DNA of 64,000 bases from Gemmatimonadaceae bacterium (GTDB taxonomy: Bacteria > Gemmatimonadota > Gemmatimonadetes > Gemmatimonadales > Gemmatimonadaceae). Below, piece by piece: positions 47,385 through 56,992 of this stretch. The stretch's first letter is position 1; each line of letters opens with the position of its first letter. Both the position numbers and the translations under genes were made by a program. The notes beneath the pieces were generated by a model that did no database searches, was not told the DNA's origin, and saw only the letters and a program-made list of their open reading frames with translations. Location of the stretch: positions 32,952-96,951 of the forward strand of contig JACVCD010000017.1 in NCBI GenBank assembly GCA_016742275.1, written 5' to 3'.

Positions 47385-47930
47385 ATGCCACTTCCTCAAG
47401 TTCGGGCCACCACGATTCTCGCGGTGCGTCGTAACGGCCGGGTCGCCATCGGGGGCGACGGTCAGGTATCTGTCGGCGATACGGTCGCCAAGAACACGGC
47501 CGTCAAGGTGCGAGTGCTCAAGGGAGGTCGCGTGATTGCAGGGTTCGCCGGCTCCGTGGCCGATGCGCTCACCCTGTTCGAGAAGTTCGAGGAAAAGCTC
47601 GAACGCTATCCCGGCAACCTTCCGCGAGCGGCGGTCGAACTGGCCAAGGAGTGGCGCAGCGATCGTGTGTTGCGACGTCTCGAAGCCATGCTCATCGTGG
47701 CCGATGTTGACCATGGCTTCATGCTGAGCGGCAACGGCGAACTCATCGAGCCGGACGATGGCATTTTGGCCATTGGTTCGGGCGGCGCCTATGCGCAGGC
47801 CGCCGCCAGAGCGCTGGCGCGCGAGACAATACTCGCGCCGCGCGAAATCGTGGAGAAGGCACTCGTGATTGCCGGCGAGATCTGCATCTACACGAACACC
47901 AACATCACGGTGCTCGAACCAACGGCTTGA
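47385..47930 (+). CDS. hslV: HslV protease subunit
   Basis: ATTILAVRR (N-terminal Thr nucleophile), GDGQV, AGFAGS, AIGSGG, ICIYTN. Confidence 0.97.
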   Translation: MPLPQVRATTILAVRRNGRVAIGGDGQVSVGDTVAKNTAVKVRVLKGGRVIAGFAGSVADALTLFEKFEEKLERYPGNLPRAAVELAKEWRSDRVLRRLEAMLIVADVDHGFMLSGNGELIEPDDGILAIGSGGAYAQAAARALARETILAPREIVEKALVIAGEICIYTNTNITVLEPTA

Positions 47931-47956
47931 TTACCTGGCGAGCGCCTAGCGATGGC

Positions 47957-50413
47957 TTAGCGTGCCCCGAGCCGCGTGACCCAGCTGGCCTTCACGAAAA
48001 TACCGTCGTTCACGCGACGCAGTCCGTCGAAGGCCAGTGCCTCCTGTTCCACCAGACTGCTGCCGTAGCCAGCAAACACCACCGTGCCGGGGCTCGGGCG
48101 ATATGCAAAGAGCCAGTCCGCACGCAGCAGATTGGACTGACGCCGCGCAATCAGCTGCACCGGTGGCTGCCCCTGCAATCGACCGAGCGGCGCTCCGGTC
48201 TGCCAGTCACGCAGCGCCTCACGCCTCGACGCTTCGTACTGCGTGATGAGCCGAACGAAGAACGAGCGTGTCATCTGATATTCAGCTTTGATACGCGGGA
48301 TCTGCGTGCTGAATGACGAGCTTCCATCCAGTCGACGAATGAATTCGTTGCTGGCGTAAGTCGCGTTGACTCGTAGCTGTGTATTCGGGCGCCAGTCGAG
48401 TGATGCATTGACCGCCGTGCGGCGTACACGGGCGGTCTCTTCGAAATCGACATCATTCGACCGGATCACACTGCCGCTGGCTGCGAAGCGCCGGAATTGC
48501 GGTGTGGTGAGCGAGAACTGCTGCGCAAAGGTAGTAATGCGCGGAGAGGGCACGAACGGCGTGTAGCTGTCTCCGGCATTCTGGATCTGCAGTGTGGCGT
48601 ACTGCGCCGGATCGAACGCGTAGGTGGAGAGCGTCGGCGTATAGCCAACCGACCAGCCACGACGGAATGTCACTGTGCTGCCGGCATTGGCTCGCGTTTC
48701 CAGAAGGCTTCGGCCGCGGAAGAAATCGTCGTATCGCGAAATACCACTCACCTGCGTGAACAGCTGATAGCGCTCGAACAGTCGGCCGGGCGTACCGAAC
48801 ACCGTGAAGCGATTCGAGATGTTCGGCTGAATGAATCCGGTGCGGGCCACGAATCCGTTTTCCGAACGGAACCCCGGCTGAACGCCAAGCAGGTTGTAGT
48901 GGAAGCCCCACTGGCGACCAGTGCGATCCATCACCGCTTCCCAGAGCAGCCCACGCGTTGTCTGGGTGCCGAGGCGCGTGTCGCTCCCCGCAAGCTGTGC
49001 CGATGCGTAGTACTTCCCGAATACGTGACGTACATCGGTGGATACCAGGCGATGGGTGGCCGCATCGCTGATGCGATCGCTGTATACCAAGCCTGCCTGC
49101 GACTGCGTCGCGAAGTCTCGCGTCAGTCGCATCACATTCACCCACGGCTTGTTGCTGCTGCTTGTCCCGGCCGGTGCATCCAGTGCTGACAGCACTGCGA
49201 TATTCGAACGCCCCAATCGCCCCGTCAACTTGAGCGCCGCCGTCGGCTGCACGATGCGGCGCGTGTACAGCAGGGTATTGGGTGCGTTGAATGCATCCGC
49301 ACCTTCCACAAAGAACGGGCGGCGTTCCGGATAGAACAGTGCAAAACGCGGGTCGGCGGCAACCTGCGTTGCATCGGCCTCGACCTGTGAAAAGTCGGGA
49401 CGAATACTGCCATTGAGAACGAAGTTGGAACCAAGTCCCACACGCACATTGCCACCCACGTTGCCGGTATTGCTGTAGCTCCATTTCGACGAGGCGCCGG
49501 AACCCGGTGCAACAGTAGTCGGCGCGCCTGCCGTGGTGTTGGTCAGTTCCGGATTGATGAGCGCATCCACGCCGCGCTCGAGTCCCTGGATATCACGTAG
49601 GTACCCCTGCTGGCCAATGAATGACGCCGCACCGCGCTGCACAGGAGTCCACGTCTGTTCATATCCGCTGTGCTGCACCTTGCGGTTCACCTGAATGCCC
49701 CAGCGCTGCACGCGCTGCTGCGGAAATCGCAAACTGACGGTCGGAATGCGAATCTCTACTTCGTATCCTTCGTCGGTGAGTCGGCCGCGTGATTGCCACA
49801 GAAAGTCCGCGCTCAAATCATTCTGACCTGGCGAGATATTGGAGCCCGGAATGAACCCACCGCCTTCGCTCTTCGTACCATCGGCCTGAATGCCAAATGG
49901 ATTCACGATGAACACGAATGCGCGTCGCCGCTCGAGAAACGGATCGAGGTGAATCTCCACATAGTCATCGGCCGTCAGACGGTCGCGATCCGCCAACGTC
50001 GCGCGCACGATGCCATGAGGCTCGAAGGCACGAATACCGATGTAGATCGCGTCACGCGAATGCCAGATTCGCACTTCGGTTGAATCCGGCGCCGGCTGTC
50101 CATCGGTGGGTTGATACAGCGAGAAACCGGTCAGCATCGGGGCTGCCGCCCAGACTGCTTCGTCCAGACGACCGTCGATGGTCACTTGGTCGGTACGCGG
50201 TGTCCCCAGGGACACTTCCGTCTGACCATTGCGCGCATGATGCACATCACCACGCCCGGACGTCGGCAATGCGCGATCGGCGCGAGCTTCGGATTCGGTC
50301 GAGTGCGCAGCCGATTGTGCCGCTCCCGTGTTCGGAGCGAAGAAAAGCAGCAGGCCGGCGACAATGCGCCGGCCGTGGTGTTGACGGATTGACCGTAAAA
50401 AGCGGCGAGACAT
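47957..50413 (-). CDS. DUF5916 / CBM9-like domain outer-membrane protein
   Basis: Signal peptide, IDGRLDEAVW, NPFGIQADG, PDFSQVEAD, FYPERRPFFVEG, C-terminal beta-barrel pattern. Confidence 0.8.
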   Translation of the reverse strand: MSRRFLRSIRQHHGRRIVAGLLLFFAPNTGAAQSAAHSTESEARADRALPTSGRGDVHHARNGQTEVSLGTPRTDQVTIDGRLDEAVWAAAPMLTGFSLYQPTDGQPAPDSTEVRIWHSRDAIYIGIRAFEPHGIVRATLADRDRLTADDYVEIHLDPFLERRRAFVFIVNPFGIQADGTKSEGGGFIPGSNISPGQNDLSADFLWQSRGRLTDEGYEVEIRIPTVSLRFPQQRVQRWGIQVNRKVQHSGYEQTWTPVQRGAASFIGQQGYLRDIQGLERGVDALINPELTNTTAGAPTTVAPGSGASSKWSYSNTGNVGGNVRVGLGSNFVLNGSIRPDFSQVEADATQVAADPRFALFYPERRPFFVEGADAFNAPNTLLYTRRIVQPTAALKLTGRLGRSNIAVLSALDAPAGTSSSNKPWVNVMRLTRDFATQSQAGLVYSDRISDAATHRLVSTDVRHVFGKYYASAQLAGSDTRLGTQTTRGLLWEAVMDRTGRQWGFHYNLLGVQPGFRSENGFVARTGFIQPNISNRFTVFGTPGRLFERYQLFTQVSGISRYDDFFRGRSLLETRANAGSTVTFRRGWSVGYTPTLSTYAFDPAQYATLQIQNAGDSYTPFVPSPRITTFAQQFSLTTPQFRRFAASGSVIRSNDVDFEETARVRRTAVNASLDWRPNTQLRVNATYASNEFIRRLDGSSSFSTQIPRIKAEYQMTRSFFVRLITQYEASRREALRDWQTGAPLGRLQGQPPVQLIARRQSNLLRADWLFAYRPSPGTVVFAGYGSSLVEQEALAFDGLRRVNDGIFVKASWVTRLGAR

Positions 50414-50446
50414 GCCCGGAAGCTAGCCGAGTCGTTAGCCTTCGGT

Positions 50447-51841
50447 ATGCCCTCGCCACGTACGCAACAGGCCATCGCACGGCTTGCCGATCTCACGCCG
50501 AAACAAATCGTCGCCGAACTCGATCGCTATATCGTCGGGCAGGCCGACGCCAAGAAGTCGGTGGCGATTGCGCTTCGCAATCGCTGGCGCCGGCAGCGCG
50601 CGCCGGAAAGCATTCGTGGGGAAATCTCACCCAACAACATCATTCTCATTGGCCCCACCGGGGTGGGAAAGACGGAGATTGCTCGGCGTCTGGCCAAATT
50701 ATCAGGTGCTCCATTCGTAAAGGTGGAAGCATCCAAGTTCACGGAAGTTGGCTACGTCGGACGCGATGTCGAAAGCATGGTGCGCGATCTCATCGAGAAC
50801 GCCATCGATATGGTGCGTAGTGAGCGTGAGCTCGAAGTCGAAGATCTCGCCAATGAGAAGGTCGACGACCGCATTCTCGACTTGTTGTTGCCGACCCCAC
50901 CCGCGCTGCAGGGTGACTCACCGGACGACAAGGTAGAGCACGACGCGGCGCTCGAGCGTCACAAGCGTACACGTGAGAAGCTCAAGGCGTTGTTGCTCGA
51001 TGGTCAGCTCGATGGACGTGAAGTCGAGATCGAGGTGACACAGCAGGGGCCCGGGATGCCCGGTGCGGCCATACCCGGTGCACCTGAGGGTATGGAGAGT
51101 GTCACGGAGTGGTTCCGCGACATGATGCCCAAGCGGAAGAAGCGTCGCACGGTCAAGGTCAGCGAAGCTCGGCGCATTCTGCTCGACGAGGAACTCGACA
51201 AGCTGATCGACCTCGATGATGTCACTGGCGATGCGCTCGAGCGCACCGAAGCCATGGGCATCGTCTTTCTCGATGAGATCGACAAGATTGCCGGCGAGCG
51301 AGGACAGGGCGGTGGCCCCGATGTGTCACGCGAAGGTGTGCAGCGTGACCTGCTGCCCATCGTGGAAGGCAGCAATGTGCAGACCAAGTATGGGATGGTG
51401 AAGACCGATCACATCCTCTTCGTGGCGGCCGGCGCGTTTCACGTGAGCAAACCCAGCGATCTCATTCCCGAGTTGCAGGGCCGATTTCCCATTCGCGTGG
51501 AACTCAAGGCGCTTACCGAAGCCGACTTTGTACGCATCATGCGTGAGCCGGAGAATGCGCTGACCAAGCAGTACGCGGCGTTGGTCGAAGCCGAGAACGC
51601 CGAACTCACGTTCACGGACGACGGCATTGCCGAACTGGCGCGCGTGGCCACACGACTCAATGAGCGCATGGAGAACATCGGCGCGCGGCGACTGCATACC
51701 GTCATGACCACGCTGCTTGAAGACCTGCTCTACGAGTTGCCCGATCGCAGCGTCACTGCGGTGGTAGTGAACGCGGACATGGTGCGTGAGCGGCTGCGTG
51801 TGATCAGTGAGGATGAGGATCTGAGGAAGTACATCCTGTAA
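50447..51841 (+). CDS. hslU: HslU ATPase subunit
   Basis: GPTGVGKTEIARR, EASKFTEVGYVGRDVE, FLDEIDK, ELQGRFP, NIGARRL. Confidence 0.98.
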   Translation: MPSPRTQQAIARLADLTPKQIVAELDRYIVGQADAKKSVAIALRNRWRRQRAPESIRGEISPNNIILIGPTGVGKTEIARRLAKLSGAPFVKVEASKFTEVGYVGRDVESMVRDLIENAIDMVRSERELEVEDLANEKVDDRILDLLLPTPPALQGDSPDDKVEHDAALERHKRTREKLKALLLDGQLDGREVEIEVTQQGPGMPGAAIPGAPEGMESVTEWFRDMMPKRKKRRTVKVSEARRILLDEELDKLIDLDDVTGDALERTEAMGIVFLDEIDKIAGERGQGGGPDVSREGVQRDLLPIVEGSNVQTKYGMVKTDHILFVAAGAFHVSKPSDLIPELQGRFPIRVELKALTEADFVRIMREPENALTKQYAALVEAENAELTFTDDGIAELARVATRLNERMENIGARRLHTVMTTLLEDLLYELPDRSVTAVVVNADMVRERLRVISEDEDLRKYIL

Positions 51842-51933
51842 GCTCTACGTTCATTGAAGCTGCAGATGCCATGCAAACTTGATGCGCTCAGTTCGCCGGC
51901 AGAGTGCGCCTTCTGCTCAGGGTTTGTCAGGCA

Positions 51934-52113
51934 TTAGCCAGATGTGATGCGAAAATGTCTTCGCACTTCCGCTTGAATTGCGGCTTCATCCAATTGCGGC
52001 CGAAAAGTGCGAAGACCTGCCTCCGCCAACGCCCACGCGGTACTGCGCAGGTTCATGGCAGTGGCAAGGTGCAGCGCAGCTATCCTGGACAGTCGCTCGG
52101 ATTCGGTCTCCAT
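51934..52113 (-). CDS. Unlisted 59-aa helical protein (METESERLSRIAALHLATAMNLRSTAWALAEAGLRTFRPQLDEAAIQAEVRRHFRITSG)
   Basis: Translated by hand; ATG 30 nt after the hydrolase stop; below the ORF-track length cutoff. Confidence 0.55.
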   Translation of the reverse strand: METESERLSRIAALHLATAMNLRSTAWALAEAGLRTFRPQLDEAAIQAEVRRHFRITSG

Positions 52114-52143
52114 AGGTGGAAATCTAATCCAGCCTGGTAGCCA

Positions 52144-53073
52144 CTACTGCCCGTTTCGCTGCAAATGCGCAATCAGCAGACGATGCGTCAACGCCGACTG
52201 CTCCATGTGCGGTAAATGTCCCGCATTGTCGATGCGCTGAAACTCGAGCGGCGGCATGACGGCCTGAATGCCCGCGGCTTCGCTGATCGGCACCGTCTTG
52301 TCTTCCACGCCCCAGAGCAGCAGCGTCGGAATACGTGAGCGCCCCGCACGGGCATACAGACTGTCGAGACGGCCGCCTTGATTGTCGAGACGTGTGCGCA
52401 GCAGCGCCCGACCAAAGCCGAAATACCGCTGCTGAACCCGATAGCGATCGGACCAATCCGGCCATTTTTCGGGGTGGACGAAATCGGACGCCTGCCCGTC
52501 GGCCATGTTTGGGACCACGGCCATCTGCCACAACACCTCACCAATGATTGGCCATCCGAGATAACTCGGCATTGCGCGCTGTGCTCCTGCTGCCGGGTCC
52601 ACCAAGGTCCATGAGCGCACACGCTGCGCATGTTCGGCCACAAAGGTCGCCGTAACTGGACCGCCAAAGGACAGCCCCACCAGGTGCACGGGCTCGCGCC
52701 AACCCAGCGTGTCGAGAAGACCGGTGAGCTGTCGATCAAACAGCGACAGTGCGTAGCTCGTACGTGGGCGGTCGGAAAAACCACGCCCATACGTGTCGTA
52801 GCGCAGCACGCGATATCCCGCTCCGGTCAGCGCCACGAAGGTCGAATCCCAGATGTACATGGGCACCGAAAATCCATGCACCAGCACTACGCGCTGACCG
52901 CCTTCCGGACCACCGACTTCGTAGTGCGTCTTTCCGTCGGGCAGTGTTGCGAACTTACCCGGCGCTGACTCGCGCACACTGTCAGTGAGCCATCGACGCT
53001 CCGGATTTCGAATGCAGTAACCCGCTCCCAGCAGGAGAAGGATCGAAGAGAGCCACAGTCGCCGTAGACGCAT
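52144..53073 (-). CDS. Alpha/beta hydrolase
   Basis: VHGF oxyanion motif, GLSFGG nucleophile, WGVED acid, AGHLPH base; N-terminal anchor. Confidence 0.92.
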   Translation of the reverse strand: MRLRRLWLSSILLLLGAGYCIRNPERRWLTDSVRESAPGKFATLPDGKTHYEVGGPEGGQRVVLVHGFSVPMYIWDSTFVALTGAGYRVLRYDTYGRGFSDRPRTSYALSLFDRQLTGLLDTLGWREPVHLVGLSFGGPVTATFVAEHAQRVRSWTLVDPAAGAQRAMPSYLGWPIIGEVLWQMAVVPNMADGQASDFVHPEKWPDWSDRYRVQQRYFGFGRALLRTRLDNQGGRLDSLYARAGRSRIPTLLLWGVEDKTVPISEAAGIQAVMPPLEFQRIDNAGHLPHMEQSALTHRLLIAHLQRNGQ

Positions 53074-53270
53074 GATGTCTTCACCAATCGAAGTGCGGGG
53101 CAGGACGGAGGAACGGCCGCCAATACTACCGGGCATCGAGAGTCCCCGCAAACGGGTAGCCCCCACGCCCTTTCCCGTCATGCAAATCTGACTATCTTGC
53201 ATGAATACCCATGCAGACGGCGCGGCCCTCGGTCGCGCCGTCTGCTTTCCGTTCCCCGGATGGCATAGCT

Positions 53271-54209
53271 ATGCAGGCGCCCATGCACACCGAGCGGCCG
53301 CACCGCGACTTCCTCAACATCGTCGACTTCACACCAGCAGAAACATTCGCACTGCTGGCGTTGGCCGAACGCATGCGCACCGGGGCTTACACGGAACGTC
53401 CTTTGGCCGGCAAGGCGCTGGCCATGATTTTCATGAAGTCGTCCACGCGCACGCGTATGTCGTTCGAAGTGGGCGCGAATCAGCTGGGTGGCACGGCACA
53501 CTTCCTTTCGCCGCGCGACGTCCAGCTTGGACGTGGCGAACCCATCCCCGATACGGCGCGTGTGCTGTCGCGTTACGTGGATGGCATCATGATTCGCACG
53601 TTTGCGCATCAGGACGTGGTGGATCTCGCACAGTACGCCAGCATTCCCATCATCAATGGCCTCACGGATCTCTCCCATCCGTGTCAGGTGTTGGCCGATG
53701 TACTCACCATGCAGCAGCATCTCGGCGACGTGCGTGGCAAGACCGTGGCCTGGATTGGCGATGGCAACAACATGGCCAACTCGTGGATCGAGGCCGCGGC
53801 GCATCTGGGCTTCACACTGCGTCTTGCGTGCCCCGAAGGCTACGATCCCGACGAATCATTCCTGGCCGATGCACGTGCCAAAGGCGGCGACGTGCAGCTA
53901 CTGCGCGATCCACGTGAAGCGGTGCATCAGGCCGATGTCGTGACCACCGACGTGTGGGCGTCGATGGGCCAGGAAGAAGAGCAGGCCAAGCGCGCACTCG
54001 CGTTTGCTCTGTATCAGGTGGAGGCCGAACTGATGGCCAAGGCTGCCAAGCACGCCATCTTCCTGCACTGCCTCCCCGCACATCGCGGTGAAGAAGTGTC
54101 GGCTGATGTCATCGATGGCCCGCAGAGCGTGGTGTGGGATGAAGCCGAGAATCGTCTGCACATTCAGAAGGCCATCATGGCTGCGCTCATGGGTGGTGTC
54201 GCCCTCTAG
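53271..54209 (+). CDS. argF: Ornithine carbamoyltransferase
   Basis: SSTRT, HPCQ, GDGNNM, DVWASMG, FLHCLP. Confidence 0.97.
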   Translation: MQAPMHTERPHRDFLNIVDFTPAETFALLALAERMRTGAYTERPLAGKALAMIFMKSSTRTRMSFEVGANQLGGTAHFLSPRDVQLGRGEPIPDTARVLSRYVDGIMIRTFAHQDVVDLAQYASIPIINGLTDLSHPCQVLADVLTMQQHLGDVRGKTVAWIGDGNNMANSWIEAAAHLGFTLRLACPEGYDPDESFLADARAKGGDVQLLRDPREAVHQADVVTTDVWASMGQEEEQAKRALAFALYQVEAELMAKAAKHAIFLHCLPAHRGEEVSADVIDGPQSVVWDEAENRLHIQKAIMAALMGGVAL

Positions 54210-54214
54210 AAACG

Positions 54215-54244
54215 AAAACCCCGAGCGGAGCCGCCCGGGGTTTT
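54215..54244. terminator. Bidirectional terminator between convergent argF and the MBL gene
   Basis: AAAACCCCG ... CGGGGTTTT. Confidence 0.85.
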
Positions 54245-54266
54245 GCGTATCACGCGCATCGCTCTT

Positions 54267-55682
54267 TTAGCGGACGGCCGCCGTCTGCCAGTTGGTGAAG
54301 TTGTCCGACACGGTTGTCGGTGAATACCCATGCCGTGCGAGTAGCGCCGACGCATGCACCGCACGTGCGCCACTGGCGCAGTGCACCAGCACTGGCGCGT
54401 CGTTCGGAAGCTCGCTCATACGCGCGAGCAAACGTGTGTGCGCGATGTTCTGCGCCTCAGTCACGCGTGCGACATCGAAATCGACCTTGCCGCGCACATC
54501 GAGCACGCGCACTCCACCCTTTTCGCGGCGGCGCTCCATCTCGGGCATATCGATGGCGTCGAGTGTCGAGACCTGACCACCGGCCGCGCGATACGCCTCA
54601 AAATCAGTAGGCGTGAAGTACCCGCGCAGATGATCATGGCCGATGCGCAGGAGAATGCGCACCGCGTCTTCTACTCGCGCATCGTCGATGATGAGGTAGA
54701 TGGGCGTTCCTTCCTCGACGTATGACCCCACGATGTTGGCGAACTGGAACTCCCATTCGGCCAACAGCGACTTGGGGAGATGCGCTTTGGTGAATTCCGT
54801 ACGACGACGGGTGTCCACCACGGCCACATCCGTGCGACCCGCGAGCGTTGCCAGCTGCTTGGGCGCCAGATGCGGCAACATCGGCACATCATTGATGATC
54901 TTCGGGCCAACCTTGTTGTCGCGCTTCATGCGCGCGAAGTACAACGGTGGCTCCGGCTGCCCGTTCAGGATATACGAAATGAAATTCGTTTCCGACGATG
55001 CCGACTTGAGTGCTGGATTGAAGCGCAGCTCGTACCCCACGGTCGATGACGGCACATCACCGAGTGCCTTGCCGCAGGCGCTGCCGGCACCGTGGGCGGG
55101 CCAGACCTGCGTGAACTCAGGAAGCGCCTTGAAGCGAGCGAGCGAACGATAGAGCTGCTGCGCTGCCGGAATCATGCTGCCCGAATGACCCGCTGCCTCT
55201 TCCAGCAAGTCCGGGCGACCCAGATCGCCAACGAACACAAAATCACCGGTGATGACACCGACCGGTTCTGTTGCGCCTGATCCATGGTCGATCACTTCGA
55301 ACGCGATGTGCTCCGGCGTATGTCCCGGTGTATGCACGGTGACAAACTCGATATTGCCGACCTTGAAGCGATCGTTGTGCTTCAGCAACCGATAGTCATA
55401 GGTCGAATCAAGCAACCATTCGTAGCGCCAATCCTGGCCGCCTTCATCACTGGCGTAGACCTTCACACCACGTTCGGCAAATTCCCGCAAGCCGGAGAGA
55501 TAGTCCGCATGAATGTGCGTGTCCGCTGCGGCGACGATCTTGAGTTTGTGTTTGGCGGCCGCCGCGTAGTAGCGGTCGATATCGCGTTCCGGGTCGATGA
55601 TGATGGCTTCGCCGGACCGTGGACAACCAATGAGATATGCGTACTGCGCCAGGGCAGGATCAAAAAGCTGGCGAACGAGCAT
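54267..55682 (-). CDS. MBL-fold persulfide dioxygenase-rhodanese fusion (CstB/Blh-like)
   Basis: THIHADY, HTPGHTPEH, GDFVFVGDLGRPDL, HGAGSACG, two rhodanese domains, active-site HCASG in the last. Confidence 0.9.
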   Translation of the reverse strand: MLVRQLFDPALAQYAYLIGCPRSGEAIIIDPERDIDRYYAAAAKHKLKIVAAADTHIHADYLSGLREFAERGVKVYASDEGGQDWRYEWLLDSTYDYRLLKHNDRFKVGNIEFVTVHTPGHTPEHIAFEVIDHGSGATEPVGVITGDFVFVGDLGRPDLLEEAAGHSGSMIPAAQQLYRSLARFKALPEFTQVWPAHGAGSACGKALGDVPSSTVGYELRFNPALKSASSETNFISYILNGQPEPPLYFARMKRDNKVGPKIINDVPMLPHLAPKQLATLAGRTDVAVVDTRRRTEFTKAHLPKSLLAEWEFQFANIVGSYVEEGTPIYLIIDDARVEDAVRILLRIGHDHLRGYFTPTDFEAYRAAGGQVSTLDAIDMPEMERRREKGGVRVLDVRGKVDFDVARVTEAQNIAHTRLLARMSELPNDAPVLVHCASGARAVHASALLARHGYSPTTVSDNFTNWQTAAVR

Positions 55683-55879
55683 GTATGGGCCTCGCAATGA
55701 CGGTGGCGACCGATCAGTGACCAGTCGTTGATACCGGAAGATATAGCCGCGAGCACGACCCGATGGCGTCAGGGAAAACCCATGTACTGAGAGTCTGCCA
55801 CCATGGCTGGCAATGACCTGCCAATTCGGACATCTTTCCGGTCCGGCCATAAGGGCCGCTTCCACGCTCTGATCCTGCC

Positions 55880-56992
55880 ATGACTGCCACTGAATCCGGC
55901 GCCCTCAAGCGTACGCCGCTCCACGATATCCACGTCGCACTCGGCGCCAAGATCGTCCCCTTCGCTGGCTATGAAATGCCGGTGCAGTATCCGACTGGCA
56001 TCACGGCCGAACACAAGGCGGTGCGTGAGGCGTGCGGCATGTTCGATGTCTCGCACATGGGCGAAGTCATCGTGCGCGGGCCCGATGCCATTCGGTTCGT
56101 TTCGTCGGTCACCAGCAACGATGTGTCGGCGCTGGCGGTGGGGCAGGTGCAGTACAGCACGCTGCTGCGGGCCGATGGCACACTGGTCGACGACCTGCTC
56201 GTGTATCGCTTTGCCGATCACCTGCTGCTCGTGATCAACGCCAGCAATCGCGACAAGGACATTGCGCACCTCAACGCGCACCTCGCGGGCTTCGATTGCA
56301 CGTTGACCGATATCTCCGATAACACCGCGCTGTTGGCAGTGCAGGGGCCCAAGGCACCGGCAATCGTAGCCGGCCTCGCCGATGTGCCGCTCGATGGCAT
56401 CAAGTACTACTGGTTTACCGAAGGCAATGTCGCGGGTGTGCCATGCATCATCTCGCGCACTGGCTACACCGGTGAGCTGGGCTTTGAGCTCTACTTCGAC
56501 GCCAAGGAAGCGCCCAAGGTGTGGGAGGCCATCATGGCCACTGGCGAAGTGACGCCGGCCGGACTCGGCTGTCGCGACTCACTGCGACTCGAAGCGGGCA
56601 TGAGTCTCTATGGCAACGAGCTGGACGATCGCACCACGCCGATCGAAGCGGGTCTCAACTGGATCGTCAAGCTGAGCAAGTCTGAGCCGTTCCTCGGCAA
56701 GGACGTCCTGCTGCGTCAGCACAACGAAGGCACCGATCGCAAGCTCGTGGGCTTCACATTCGATGAGCGTGCCATTCCGCGTCACGGCTATCCCGTGGTG
56801 TACGGTGGTGTGGTCGTCGGCGACGTGTGCAGTGGCACCATGAGCCCCACACTCGGCATCCCCATCGGGACGTGCTTCCTGCCCAGTGCGGCAGCGGTGG
56901 AAGGCACTACGTTCGAAGTGGATATCCGCGGCAAGAAGATTCCGGCGCGCGTGGTCAAGCTGCCCTTCTACAAGCGCCCGGGCAAAGCGTGA
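55880..56992 (+). CDS. gcvT: Glycine cleavage system aminomethyltransferase T
   Basis: FAGYEMPVQY, FDVSHMG, SRTGYTGELGFE, RDSLRLEAG. Confidence 0.98.
   Translation: MTATESGALKRTPLHDIHVALGAKIVPFAGYEMPVQYPTGITAEHKAVREACGMFDVSHMGEVIVRGPDAIRFVSSVTSNDVSALAVGQVQYSTLLRADGTLVDDLLVYRFADHLLLVINASNRDKDIAHLNAHLAGFDCTLTDISDNTALLAVQGPKAPAIVAGLADVPLDGIKYYWFTEGNVAGVPCIISRTGYTGELGFELYFDAKEAPKVWEAIMATGEVTPAGLGCRDSLRLEAGMSLYGNELDDRTTPIEAGLNWIVKLSKSEPFLGKDVLLRQHNEGTDRKLVGFTFDERAIPRHGYPVVYGGVVVGDVCSGTMSPTLGIPIGTCFLPSAAAVEGTTFEVDIRGKKIPARVVKLPFYKRPGKA

Noticed and set aside
55683-55879. Glycine riboswitch upstream of gcvT
   Set aside because: The conserved GGAGA, CGCCGAAG and CTCTCAGG blocks are not present; an Infernal RF00504 scan would settle it
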